This document shows positions 1-9,447 of a DNA stretch of 52,302 nt, piece after piece. The stretch is from Desulfobacteraceae bacterium (GTDB lineage: Bacteria; Desulfobacterota; Desulfobacteria; Desulfobacterales; SG8-13): NCBI GenBank assembly GCA_029287875.1, contig JARFQH010000101.1, positions 1 to 52,302 on the forward strand. The letters run 5' to 3'. Each line of letters starts with the position of its first letter. The first letter of the stretch is position 1. A model generated the notes under the pieces. It made no database searches and had not been told where the DNA came from. It saw only the letters and a program-made list of their open reading frames with translations. Both the position numbers and the translations under genes were made by a program.

Positions 1-76
1 GTGCCTTGAGGAAACTCATCGACAGTCTCAACGACTATTGAACCCAATGCAGGCCTTCGGCCGCAACCAAATCAGT

Positions 77-152
77 GTTCAGGTTTCGGGTTTCAGGATT
101 TGGGGTTTGCTGACACCTGACACCTGACACCTGACACCTGACACCTGAAGCC
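77..152. repeat. Tandem heptanucleotide repeat tract: about 5 degenerate GTTCAGG/TTTCGGG-type units, then 5 perfect TGACACC units and 1 degenerate unit
   Basis: Direct reading: gttcagg tttcggg tttcagg atttggg (77-104), then tgacacc x5 (111-145) and tgaagcc (146-152). Confidence 0.9.
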
Positions 153-246
153 TATAACCCCATTCCCGATGAATCAAGTGGTTTCACTTTAACAACACAT
201 CTTCGCATCTTGCGGAGAAGTTACGATCTAAGACTCTAAACTGATC

Positions 247-274
247 GGTTCAGGGTTCCGGGTTCAAGGTTATT
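247..274. repeat. Tandem heptamer tract GGTTCAG GGTTCCG GGTTCAA GGTTATT, related to the repeat at 41835-41855
   Basis: Direct reading. The preceding ctaaactgat plus this tract match 41824-41868 at roughly 38 of 45 positions by hand count. Confidence 0.85.
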
Positions 275-453
275 GGTATAATGCCGTTAAGTTTCATATG
301 AGCCACCCCCATATGCGGATCGACCTCTATCTTGTTTCTGCCTGCCCTGTGAAATGTGAAGCCTATTTCACCGGGGCGGCAACCTTGACAATCGCTCAAT
401 TTAGGTTGAAGCTTTGCTGGGGCGACCCTTTTTGAAAAGGCAACCTGGCTCAT
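250..453 (-). CDS. Hypothetical 67-aa ORF, doubtful
   Basis: Its ATG overlaps the stop of the upstream ORF (ATGA arrangement at 450-453). No recognisable motif. The 3-prime end is encoded by the heptamer repeat tract. Confidence 0.15.
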   Translation of the reverse strand: MSQVAFSKRVAPAKLQPKLSDCQGCRPGEIGFTFHRAGRNKIEVDPHMGVAHMKLNGIIPITLNPEP

Positions 454-1646
454 GGCTCATACCGTAGCGCTTTGAGGTCGACAAGGACAAACCTCGGACG
501 GTAAACGTCTGCATTTCTATAAACGGCCTCGGCGTCACGGATATGATTCAGGTTGTAGGAGAGCACCAAGCGGTCTTGCGGCGACAGGTGTGGATGCGCC
601 AAGGCATTGTAGGCCACGATGTCGCCTTTTGCTTCCGGCGGTCGGTAGAGGAGTGAGCTAAGGGACCAGGGGCCGGTCGGCGACGGTGAAACGTAGGCGA
701 CAATGGCGCTGTCGAAGGGGTTCCGGTTGTCGGAAGTGATCAGCACATAGCGGTCGCCGGTCTTGAAAACGCTGAACTGCAGCGCCGCGCCGGAAAAAAG
801 TCGTTTTGACGCCAGTGGATCGTCGGTCCACCTTTCTCCATCCCAGTACTCCCAGGCATCGTCGAGGTGCCCGGGAGCCGCCTTGGCGATGTGCACATGC
901 TTGGCACTCTGCAAATCTTCGGCACCGTAAATGTAAGTCGCATCGGCATCTTTCAAGAGTGCCGCGCCGTAGATCACCCGGTTGACAGCTACTGCAACCG
1001 TGATCTTCTCTAATCGCAACTCCGGCAGTGAAAAGGTCCCGATGTCGGTGCCGTTCCAGCGCCACTCCCACATCCCCGGTCCGGTGGCGGTGAACCGGGG
1101 CAAAAAGACGAGTAGCCGGTTTCCCTCGACAAGGCCGTCCGTGGGCCAGTACCATGAACCTCTCTCTTGCGGCGTGACGAAGGCCTGGGGAGAAGCCGCG
1201 GTGCCGCCGTGCAATGTCACAAGGGTGTCACCGCTTTGGACCACAAAGGTGTTCCGAACCATCGGTGCCGCACGTGGACGGCTGCGGTCCGGCCGGACTG
1301 TCCCGAGAAAGGTATCCCCGAACAGCCACAGAATGCGGCCGTCCGGCAGGACCACCGACCGGGTGCCGTCGCCGCCGGTCCAACCGCCATCGCGGCGTGT
1401 AAAGAGGTCGTTGTAAAACCGTTCCGGTGCAGCCTGAAGAAATAGTTCACTCGCCTCTTTGTGCCGCCCGGCGTCAAGCCGGTCGGGAGGGGCGGCCGGC
1501 CGAACACAGCCCGCGACAGTCCAGAAGATCCCCAGTAGAAAAACCAGCAGAACGGCTGCGCAAAAAGCCCGCTGGAATTTGTCCCCGTCGGCATACCGGT
1601 GTGAGGGGGCCATCGACTGCATCTGCTGCTCCTGATGATGATGCAA
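450..1646 (-). CDS. DUF4185/DUF5005-like beta-propeller protein (putative glycoside hydrolase-like) with N-terminal membrane anchor or signal
   Basis: 398-aa ORF. Hydrophobic N-terminal segment AAVLLVFLLGIFWTVAGC. The segment GGWTGGDGTRSVVLPDGRILWLFGDTFLG resembles DUF4185-type propeller proteins. Confidence 0.5.
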   Translation of the reverse strand: MHHHQEQQMQSMAPSHRYADGDKFQRAFCAAVLLVFLLGIFWTVAGCVRPAAPPDRLDAGRHKEASELFLQAAPERFYNDLFTRRDGGWTGGDGTRSVVLPDGRILWLFGDTFLGTVRPDRSRPRAAPMVRNTFVVQSGDTLVTLHGGTAASPQAFVTPQERGSWYWPTDGLVEGNRLLVFLPRFTATGPGMWEWRWNGTDIGTFSLPELRLEKITVAVAVNRVIYGAALLKDADATYIYGAEDLQSAKHVHIAKAAPGHLDDAWEYWDGERWTDDPLASKRLFSGAALQFSVFKTGDRYVLITSDNRNPFDSAIVAYVSPSPTGPWSLSSLLYRPPEAKGDIVAYNALAHPHLSPQDRLVLSYNLNHIRDAEAVYRNADVYRPRFVLVDLKALRYEP

Positions 1647-1675
1647 CGGAATGTCTTCTGACCCCGGGCGACCCT

Positions 1676-2176
1676 CTACCCGCGGTCGATTTCCTGCAGG
1701 ATCTGTTTGACGAGGCTGCCGTCGGCCAGTTTGCCGAAGTGCTTCATGACCGGACCCATGGCCTGCATGGGGCTCTTAAAGTCCGACAGGTCAATGTTTG
1801 CCCTGATCCAGGCGGCGATCTCCTCCCGGGTGGCCATGCGCGGCAAGTAGCGCTCCAGGGTCTGGAGGTAGTCGGAAGACGTTTCCTTTCTGGCCTCCAG
1901 TACGATCTTCTCGCTCTTGACGAGTTTCCGGATGATGTCGAGTATATCCTCGTCGGTGATCTCTTCAGGCTTTTTCAGACGCGTTGTCTTCTTTCCGCTC
2001 TCAAGCTGGATGGGCACCGTCAGGTTCGGAAACTCGGACATGATCTGCCGGAGGGTATCCCGCACGCCATGGTCCTTGTTGCGCAGGGCTGCTTTGAGAT
2101 CCTGCCTGATTTTCTCGAGTAGAGAGATTCCGGTACCCTCTATCCAGCCGTAGTCAGCAGAAGTTGGATTGGACAT
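1676..2176 (-). CDS. yqeY: GatB/YqeY domain protein
   Basis: LLEKIRQDLKAALRNKD ... LERYLPRMATREEIAAWI ... MGPVMKHFGKLADGSLVKQIL is typical YqeY. The ATG at 2176 is preceded by GGAG; the alternative ATG at 2188 has no SD. Confidence 0.75.
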   Translation of the reverse strand: MSNPTSADYGWIEGTGISLLEKIRQDLKAALRNKDHGVRDTLRQIMSEFPNLTVPIQLESGKKTTRLKKPEEITDEDILDIIRKLVKSEKIVLEARKETSSDYLQTLERYLPRMATREEIAAWIRANIDLSDFKSPMQAMGPVMKHFGKLADGSLVKQILQEIDRG

Positions 2177-2288
2177 GGTCGACTCCATTGGAAAAATGGT
2201 TTAACTTGTTGTATCAAAGAGAGGCGCCATAATCAAATCAAGTGAATTTTTACTTTAAATGATCATCTAAAAGATTCTATACTGCCGA

Positions 2289-3611
2289 ATGATGGAAAAC
2301 AGCCTCATCAATTACCTCAGTACCGGCATTTGGCGGATCCGTTCGCGTGATCTTCCGCCCCTAAAAGGGTTCTTTCTCCGCCATCTGCGCATTTTAACCC
2401 TCACTGCCCGCGAATCCGTTAAAGACAAATGTCTTTTGCGGGCCACGGCCTTGACCTTCTACTCTTTGTTCTCCATCGGACCGGTGGTGGCTCTGGCGTT
2501 GGGAATCGCCACATGGTTTGGGCTGAAACAACGCTTCGAAGCGAATGTATTGGCCAAGCTGCCGGTCCAAGAAGAGGTCCTCACTCAAATTCTGACTTAC
2601 GCTCATAGTCTGCTGGACGATACACGCGGTGGCGTCATCGCCGGTGTCAGCGTCGCCATGCTGTTGTGGTCGGCCATGAAGTTGCTGAACCACCTGGAAC
2701 AATCCTTCAACGATATCTGGCAGGTCGAAAAATCGCGTTCATGGAAAACGAGAATCAGCAACTATTTGTCTTTTCTGATCCTGGCGCCCCTGTTTCTGTT
2801 GATTTACAGTAGCATTCCCGCATTCGTGACCAGTCAGCTCGATGATCTCTCTGCCAAATTGACCTTTCTCGCCAAGGTCAGCCCCAAAATTATAGACCTG
2901 CTTCAGCTTTTACCCTACTTGCTTATCTGGACGGTTTTCTCGCTGGTCTACCTACTGATTCCGAACACCCGGGTCAAACCGATCTCAGGCATTCTGGCCG
3001 GAGTACTGGCCGGCACGGCTTACCTGGTGGTCCAATGGGCACTCATCGATTTTCAGGTAGGCGTCACCCGGTACAACCCTATTTACGGCAGCCTGGCCGC
3101 ACTGCCGCTGCTCCTGCGGTGGATGAATGTCGGTTGGATTGTCCTTTTGATCGGTGCGGAATATGCGTATGCCCACCAGAATGTAGACCTTTACGAACTC
3201 GAACCCGAATACACCGGCATCAGCCCCCGTTTCAAAAAGGTGTTGACCCTACAAATTCTGCACCGAATGGTGACACGGTTTTCCGAAGGTAAGGAGCCAC
3301 TGAGTGCCGGACAATTCTCCCAGCAGCTCGAAATTCCGGTGCTCCTGGTGCAACATATCCTGAACGAACTGGTCAAAACCGGCCTGGTCTCCCTGACAAA
3401 AGCCGATGGAAGCCGTGACCCGGCATTTCAGCCCTCGCGTGATATTCATCGTTGGACGATCCGGTATATCATCGATGCTTTGGAACTGCACGGTGTTAAC
3501 CGGTTGCCGATTGCCGAAACCGAGACCCTGAAATCCATCATCCTGGCCGTGGAAGAATTGACTTCGGAGATGAAACACTCGGAAGCCAACCGGTTGCTGA
3601 TGAACCTATAG
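2289..3611 (+). CDS. YihY/BrkB family inner-membrane protein with about 100-aa C-terminal soluble extension
   Basis: 440-aa ORF. LTFYSLFSIGPVVAL, several TM segments and GAEYAYA are typical of YihY (formerly called RNase BN). The C-terminal tail looks winged-helix-like. Confidence 0.8.
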   Translation: MMENSLINYLSTGIWRIRSRDLPPLKGFFLRHLRILTLTARESVKDKCLLRATALTFYSLFSIGPVVALALGIATWFGLKQRFEANVLAKLPVQEEVLTQILTYAHSLLDDTRGGVIAGVSVAMLLWSAMKLLNHLEQSFNDIWQVEKSRSWKTRISNYLSFLILAPLFLLIYSSIPAFVTSQLDDLSAKLTFLAKVSPKIIDLLQLLPYLLIWTVFSLVYLLIPNTRVKPISGILAGVLAGTAYLVVQWALIDFQVGVTRYNPIYGSLAALPLLLRWMNVGWIVLLIGAEYAYAHQNVDLYELEPEYTGISPRFKKVLTLQILHRMVTRFSEGKEPLSAGQFSQQLEIPVLLVQHILNELVKTGLVSLTKADGSRDPAFQPSRDIHRWTIRYIIDALELHGVNRLPIAETETLKSIILAVEELTSEMKHSEANRLLMNL

Positions 3612-3701
3612 CCATTAATACTTTCATATTTATGTCTTTTTTTATCTCTGCTATAAAATGTTCATGTGCACTGAATTATGCGGGATGATGGAGGGATGGA
3701 A

Positions 3702-4697
3702 TCAGCCCCCCACCTCACCGGCAAAGTGGCAGGCCGCAAAATGACGGGAGTCGATTTCACGCAGAGCCGGTTCCTTCCGGCTGCAAAGATCACGCGCGTA
3801 GATGCAGCGGGTGTGAAATCGACACCCCGAAGGCGGATCGATCGGGCTGGGGACATCACCCTTGAGAATGATGCGCTTGTGCTTGCGCTTCGGATCCGGC
3901 ATGGGGGAGGCGGAGAGCAGCGCCTGTGAATAGGGGTGCAGCGGCCTTTTGTAGAGGTCCTTGCTGGGGGCCAACTCGACGATCTTTCCCAGGTACATCA
4001 CCGCCACACGGTCGCTGATGTGCTCGACCACGTGCAGATCGTGTGAGATAAAAAGGTATGTCAGGCCGAATTCCTGCTGCAGGTCCTTGAGCAGATTGAG
4101 CACCTGGGCCTGGATCGACACGTCCAGGGCCGAAACCGCCTCATCACAGACGATCAGCTCGGGATTCAACGCCAGGGCCCTGGCAACACCGATCCGCTGC
4201 CGTTGACCGCCTGAAAACATGTGCGGATAGCGTCGCATCTGCTCCGGCCGCAACCCGACGACGTCCAGCAGGTAGAGCACCCGCTCCTCCCTTTGTTTTC
4301 TATTTTTCATACCGTGAACCAACAATGGTTCGCCGATGATCTGGGCGATCGTCTTGCGGGGGTTCAGGGAGGAAAAAGGGTCCTGAAAGATGATCTGCAT
4401 CTGCTTGCGCAGACCGCGCATTTCTTTCGAATCGCAGGCCAGTAAGTTTCGACCCTTGAAGATCACTTCTCCGGCTGTCGGTTCCTCCAGTCGCAGGATG
4501 GCGCGACCAAAAGTGGTTTTACCGCAGCCGGATTCACCGACCAGCCCCATGGTTTCACCGGAACGGATGGTCAGGCTCACGTCGTCGACGGCCTTCACCG
4601 CCGCCACCTCTTTCAGGAACACACCGCCACGGATGGGATAGTATTTTACGAGATTTCTGGCTTCTACCAGGTCGTCGTTCCGGCTGTTTTCAGGCAT
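3702..4697 (-). CDS. Oligopeptide/dipeptide ABC transporter ATP-binding protein (OppF/DppF type)
   Basis: Walker [10 protein letters not shown], signature FSGGQRQR, Walker [13 protein letters not shown], and a C-terminal oligopeptide-type Cys motif ([10 protein letters not shown]). Confidence 0.9.
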   Translation of the reverse strand: MPENSRNDDLVEARNLVKYYPIRGGVFLKEVAAVKAVDDVSLTIRSGETMGLVGESGCGKTTFGRAILRLEEPTAGEVIFKGRNLLACDSKEMRGLRKQMQIIFQDPFSSLNPRKTIAQIIGEPLLVHGMKNRKQREERVLYLLDVVGLRPEQMRRYPHMFSGGQRQRIGVARALALNPELIVCDEAVSALDVSIQAQVLNLLKDLQQEFGLTYLFISHDLHVVEHISDRVAVMYLGKIVELAPSKDLYKRPLHPYSQALLSASPMPDPKRKHKRIILKGDVPSPIDPPSGCRFHTRCIYARDLCSRKEPALREIDSRHFAACHFAGEVGG

Positions 4698-5655
4698 ATT
4701 TCAAACACCGTGCGGTGTGGTTGTCACCGACGCCGTACATGTCGGGTTCGATGCGGCGGCAATCGTCGAAGACATCCGGGCAACGGTCGCTGAACAGACA
4801 GCCGCTGGGCAGGTTGAACAGCGAGGGAACGACCCCCGATATGGTGCTCAGACGACCGTCTTTGGTTTTACGGCCAAGAACCGGTATCGATTGCATCAAA
4901 CCCACGGTGTAGGGATGTTTGGGATCGGCGAAAAGCGTTTCGACATCAGCGTACTCCATCATTTTACCGGCATACATCACCGCCACGTGTTGGGCCATTT
5001 CGGCAATCACGCCCAGATCGTGGGTGATGAAGAGGATCGCGGCACCGGTTTCGTCTTTTAGCTTGTTCATCAGGTCCAGAATCTGGGCTTGGATGGTGAC
5101 ATCGAGCGCGGTGGTCGGCTCGTCGGCAATCATCAGTTTGGGATTGCAGGCCAGCGCCATTGCGATCATCACCCGTTGGCGCATGCCGCCGCTCATTTGG
5201 TGCGGATAGTCGGACAACCGCTTTTGCGGTGCTGGAATGCCGACCAACTGGAATATCTCCACGACACGCCGACGTGTCTCTTTACGGGAGAAGTGCTGGT
5301 GCAGGCGGATGACCTCGCCGACCTGGTCGCCCACCGTGAACACCGGATTCAGTGAGGTCATCGGCTCCTGAAAAATCATGGAAATCCGGTTGCCGCGAAT
5401 CCGACGCATCTGCCTCTCGCTGAGTTCCAGAAGATCGGTGCCGTCGAAGAAAATCTTCCCTCCGACGATTTTGCCGGGCGGCTCCGGTATGAGTTGGATA
5501 ATGGAATGGGCGGTCACGCTCTTGCCGCATCCGGACTCACCCACAAGCCCGATGGTTTGGCCGGAATGAACCGAGAAACTGACTTCATCGACCGCCTTGG
5601 CCACCTGACCGCGGACGAAGAAATGGGTTTTCAGGTTTTGGATGTCTAAAAGCAT
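4690..5655 (-). CDS. Oligopeptide/dipeptide ABC transporter ATP-binding protein (OppD/DppD type)
   Basis: [28 protein letters not shown] and the C-terminal [10 protein letters not shown] motif. Overlaps the downstream ATPase gene by 8 nt. Confidence 0.9.
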   Translation of the reverse strand: MLLDIQNLKTHFFVRGQVAKAVDEVSFSVHSGQTIGLVGESGCGKSVTAHSIIQLIPEPPGKIVGGKIFFDGTDLLELSERQMRRIRGNRISMIFQEPMTSLNPVFTVGDQVGEVIRLHQHFSRKETRRRVVEIFQLVGIPAPQKRLSDYPHQMSGGMRQRVMIAMALACNPKLMIADEPTTALDVTIQAQILDLMNKLKDETGAAILFITHDLGVIAEMAQHVAVMYAGKMMEYADVETLFADPKHPYTVGLMQSIPVLGRKTKDGRLSTISGVVPSLFNLPSGCLFSDRCPDVFDDCRRIEPDMYGVGDNHTARCLKYA

Positions 5656-5664
5656 GCTTTATCA

Positions 5665-6561
5665 TCAATCTCTCAAGCGCGGGTCCAGTGCGTCGCGGAG
5701 ACCATCGCCCAACAGGTTGAAACCGAGGACGGCCATCAGGATGGCGATACCGGGAAAGGTCATCACCCAGGGGGCGCGCAGAATCAATCCCCGGCTTCTG
5801 GCGATCATGGCCCCCCACTCGGGGGTCGGCGGCTGGGCACCCAACCCCAGAAAACTCAGTGCCGCAGCATCCAGGATCGCCGAGGCCATGCTGAGTGTCG
5901 TCTGCACGATAAGAGGCCCCATGCAGTTGGGCAAAATGGCCAAGAAAATAATGCGCAGATTTCCGGCGCCGATGGCGCGGGCCGCCATGACGTAATCCTT
6001 TCCACACTCTTCCAGCACGCTGCCCCGCACGATGCGGGCAAACCGGGGCACGTAGGTAATCCCGATGGCCATCATGGCATTCTGAAGGCTGGGACCGAGG
6101 TAAGCAACGACAACGATCGCCAGCAGCAGGTAAGGAAAAGCCAGCAGCATGTCCATGAGGCGCATGATGATACTGTCGATCTTCCCCTTGTAGTAGCCCG
6201 AAAACGAGCCCAGCAGCGTACCGCAGAAGAAGGCCAGGCCGACGCTGACAATCGCTACCAGCAGGGAAACCCGCGCACCGTAAATGATCCGTGACAGGGT
6301 GTCCCGTCCCAGTTCGTCGGTACCCAGAATGTATTTTGTGGTCCCCTCTTCATGCCACAGTGGCGGCTTGAGTTGATCGTACAGCTCTGTCTCCAGCGGG
6401 TTATGGGGGCTGAGCAAGGGCGCGAAAATAGCGGTCAGAACAAAAACGGTAATGACCACCAGGCCGGCTATGGCGGTCTTGTTGCGCCACAGCTGGCTCA
6501 GTTGTTCCACCATCGGATGGCGGAGTTGCGGATCTTTATTTTTAGTTCGCGCGGTCATCAT
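5665..6561 (-). CDS. Peptide ABC transporter permease (DppC/OppC type)
   Basis: BPD-transporter permease with the N-terminal OppC-like segment. Start placed at the ATGATG at 6561; the ORF is open to 6639, so the start is uncertain. Confidence 0.85.
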   Translation of the reverse strand: MMTARTKNKDPQLRHPMVEQLSQLWRNKTAIAGLVVITVFVLTAIFAPLLSPHNPLETELYDQLKPPLWHEEGTTKYILGTDELGRDTLSRIIYGARVSLLVAIVSVGLAFFCGTLLGSFSGYYKGKIDSIIMRLMDMLLAFPYLLLAIVVVAYLGPSLQNAMMAIGITYVPRFARIVRGSVLEECGKDYVMAARAIGAGNLRIIFLAILPNCMGPLIVQTTLSMASAILDAAALSFLGLGAQPPTPEWGAMIARSRGLILRAPWVMTFPGIAILMAVLGFNLLGDGLRDALDPRLRD

Positions 6562-6675
6562 AATGGAGCCGACCCGAATTTTTCGATTGTCCCGCTGTCG
6601 CCAGCAACCAGCTTGGACCCAGTGTTTTTGGAGCGGCAAAGCCGCGTTTCATAAAATCGCCCCAAGGCGATTTTA

Positions 6676-7680
6676 TCATTGCATACTCATTCTCGGATTA
6701 ATGACCGCATATAGAACGTCGACACACAGGTTGATGAGAACAAAGAGGCCGGCGATAAAAAGCGTGCCACCCTGGATGACCATGTAATCGCGCTGCATGA
6801 CCGCATCGTACATCCACTTGCCCACACCGGGCCAGGCAAATATGGTCTCGGTCAGAATAGCACCACCCAGCAGAACGCCAAACTGAAGGCCGATGGTGGT
6901 AACAACCGGGATGAGGGCATTGCGCAGGGCATGTTTGAAAATGACCGTGAGGTTCGAGAGCCCTTTGGCTTTGGCCGTCTTGATATAATCCTGGCGCAAG
7001 ACGTCCAGCATGGCCGAACGGGTCATCCGCGCCACAATGGCCGTGGGGATGGTGCTCAGGGTCACCGCCGGCATTATGATGTGCCACACGGCATCCCTCA
7101 GGGCCGCCCAGTTGCGGGTCAGGATGGCGTCCAGAATATAAAAGTTGGTGATCACATCCAAATCGATCCCGATACTCAAGCGACCCGAGAGCGGCAACCA
7201 ACCGAGGTTGAGGGAGAAAATCAGCATGAACACCAGCCCCAGCCAGAAGATCGGCATGCTGACCCCTGCCAGCGCCCCGATCATGCTGACATAATCAAAA
7301 ATAGAATATTGCCTGGTGGCTGAAATAATCCCTAAGAGGACACCAAAAAAGCAGCTGATGCACAGCGCCACGAGGGACAGCTCAATGGTGGCCGGAAACC
7401 GTTGTAGCACCTCGGTCCAGACCTTCTGGCGAGTCCAGATGGTCTCCCCCAGGTCACCTTTCAACAACCGCTTGAGAAAGAGGCCGTACTGGACATAAAG
7501 AGGTTCGTTGAGTCCGAGGTGTTCTCGCATCTGCGCCAAAGACTCAACCGTGGCGCGTTCACCCAACAGCAGTTCAGCCGGGTCTCCGGGCGTCATATGC
7601 AACATGAGAAAGACGATGACAGAAACGCCCAGCAGCGTGGGAATCAGGATCAATAATCTTCGAATCACGTATGCCAGCAT
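6676..7680 (-). CDS. Peptide ABC transporter permease (DppB/OppB type)
   Basis: MLAYVIRRLLILIPTLLGVSVIVF is the canonical DppB N-terminus. The ORF is open to 7728, so the start is uncertain. Confidence 0.85.
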   Translation of the reverse strand: MLAYVIRRLLILIPTLLGVSVIVFLMLHMTPGDPAELLLGERATVESLAQMREHLGLNEPLYVQYGLFLKRLLKGDLGETIWTRQKVWTEVLQRFPATIELSLVALCISCFFGVLLGIISATRQYSIFDYVSMIGALAGVSMPIFWLGLVFMLIFSLNLGWLPLSGRLSIGIDLDVITNFYILDAILTRNWAALRDAVWHIIMPAVTLSTIPTAIVARMTRSAMLDVLRQDYIKTAKAKGLSNLTVIFKHALRNALIPVVTTIGLQFGVLLGGAILTETIFAWPGVGKWMYDAVMQRDYMVIQGGTLFIAGLFVLINLCVDVLYAVINPRMSMQ

Positions 7681-7839
7681 GACAATCGATTTTACCTTTT
7701 TGACAGTGCCCATCCCGGTTTCGCGCACGCCAACCGACAGGGCAGAACCGGTCTAAGGCCCTGCCTTCTCCTTGACCGGTTTCTCCATTTCAATCTGGCT
7801 TTTTTTCTAACTAATTAGAATACTTATAGAATAAGCAGG

Positions 7840-9447
7840 TTACTCCAACCAGACGTTTTTCATTCTTACCGAGCTGGTGGGGTGCAGTTTGAAGTCTTTC
7901 ACATTTTTGAGCGCCGGCCAGATAACCGTCGAATGGGCCACCGAGATGACGGGGACCTCGTCGTAGATCAACTGCTGGGCCTCTTCGTAGATTTTAGCCC
8001 TTTCGTTCTGATCGATGGTTTGACGCCCTTTGACCATGAGTTCGTGATACTTCTCGTTGTGCCACTGGGTCCGGATGGCCGATGAGGCCAGGCCGTCGAA
8101 GAGCACGGCCAGAAAGTTGTCCGGATCGCCGTTGTCACCGGTCCAGCCGAGCTGAAAAAGATCCATGTCCTCCGGCTGTTCCCGCTGGCGTTTCAGGTAG
8201 GTCCCCCACTCGAAGGTGACCACCTTGGCCGTGATCCCAACCTTGGCCAGATCTGCCGCCATGGCTTCGCCGATCTTCAGACCATCGGGGTTGTAAGGAC
8301 GGGGAACCGGCATCGACCACAGCGTGATCTCGCCCAGTCCCTTACCATCGGGAAAACCGGCCTTTTTCAACAGTTCCTTGGCCTTCTCAGGATCATATGC
8401 AAAGCCCGGAACCTTGTCATTGTATCCCCACATGGTGGGCGGAATCGGGTTCTTGGCCACCTGCCCCATCCCCTGGTAGATGTTGTCTACGATGGCCTTG
8501 CGGTTGATCGCGTAGGCAATGGCCTTGCGCACGTCAACGCTGCTCTTCCAAGGTTCCTTGGTGTGATTAAATGACAGGTAGCCGATGTTCATTCCCGGCT
8601 GGGTCGGTAGAATAAGGTTTTTGTCTTTTTCCGCCAAAGCAATGTCGGCCGGGTTGGGGAACTGACAGATGTGAATATTGCCGGTTTTGAGTTCCAGAAA
8701 ACGGACCGAGTTTTCCGGAATCGATCTGAAGATGAGCTGGTCTAAGTAAGGCCCGCCAGATTTGTCCCAGTAGTCGGGATTTTTCTCCAGAATGATCCGA
8801 TCGTCCTTGACCCATTTCACGAACTTGAACGGGCCGGTGCCGACAGGATTTCGAATGAACTCTTTGGGGTTTTGCATGAAGGCCGCAGGACTGATGATGT
8901 CGGCAAAATCCATTCCCATGTTGGCCAGAAACGGCGCTTCCACCCTCTTGAGCTTAAAGACGACGGTGTATTCATCCACCGCCTCGATGGCGCCGACGGT
9001 GTCATCCATTTCCATAGACACCCAATACTCCGGCGGTCTCTCCTGGGCCGGGACTTCGAGGGGTTTGCCGAAGAATTTTACATTGCGGTCTTTCATCATG
9101 CGGCCGATGGAGAACACGACGGCATCGGCATTGAAGGGCGTTCCGTCGTGGAACTTGACACCCTTGCGAAGATGGAAGGTGTAGGTCAATCCGTCCGGTG
9201 AAATATCCCACGACTCAGCCAGACCCGGTTCCAACGCAGTGGATTCGTCTTTATAAAATACGAGTGCTTCGTAGATATTGTCGCAGATCATGAAGGAGTT
9301 TCCGTCGGTTTCGTAAGCCGGATCCAGCCCGACGCTGTCTCCTCCGCGGCCGAACACGAGGGTTCCGCCCTGTTTGGGCCCTGCAATGGCAGTACCTGCC
9401 AGGACAATTACAAGCACGCTCATCAAAACCGCCAATCGTTTCATCAT
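7840..9447 (-). CDS. ABC transporter substrate-binding protein, family 5 (peptide/nickel type), secreted
   Basis: 535 aa with signal peptide MMKRLAVLMSVLVIVLAGTAIAG and SBP_bac_5-like sequence throughout. Sits in the operon with the permeases and ATPases. Confidence 0.9.
   Translation of the reverse strand: MMKRLAVLMSVLVIVLAGTAIAGPKQGGTLVFGRGGDSVGLDPAYETDGNSFMICDNIYEALVFYKDESTALEPGLAESWDISPDGLTYTFHLRKGVKFHDGTPFNADAVVFSIGRMMKDRNVKFFGKPLEVPAQERPPEYWVSMEMDDTVGAIEAVDEYTVVFKLKRVEAPFLANMGMDFADIISPAAFMQNPKEFIRNPVGTGPFKFVKWVKDDRIILEKNPDYWDKSGGPYLDQLIFRSIPENSVRFLELKTGNIHICQFPNPADIALAEKDKNLILPTQPGMNIGYLSFNHTKEPWKSSVDVRKAIAYAINRKAIVDNIYQGMGQVAKNPIPPTMWGYNDKVPGFAYDPEKAKELLKKAGFPDGKGLGEITLWSMPVPRPYNPDGLKIGEAMAADLAKVGITAKVVTFEWGTYLKRQREQPEDMDLFQLGWTGDNGDPDNFLAVLFDGLASSAIRTQWHNEKYHELMVKGRQTIDQNERAKIYEEAQQLIYDEVPVISVAHSTVIWPALKNVKDFKLHPTSSVRMKNVWLE

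Noticed and set aside
1-41. Possible 3-prime end of a plus-strand gene (..ALRKLIDSLNDY stop at 39-41)
   Set aside because: Only 12 codons are visible, which is too short to support any call.
111-145. TGACACC x5 as a protein-coding repeat or CRISPR-like array
   Set aside because: The 7-nt period shifts the reading frame at every unit and there are no spacers. It lies outside any supported ORF.
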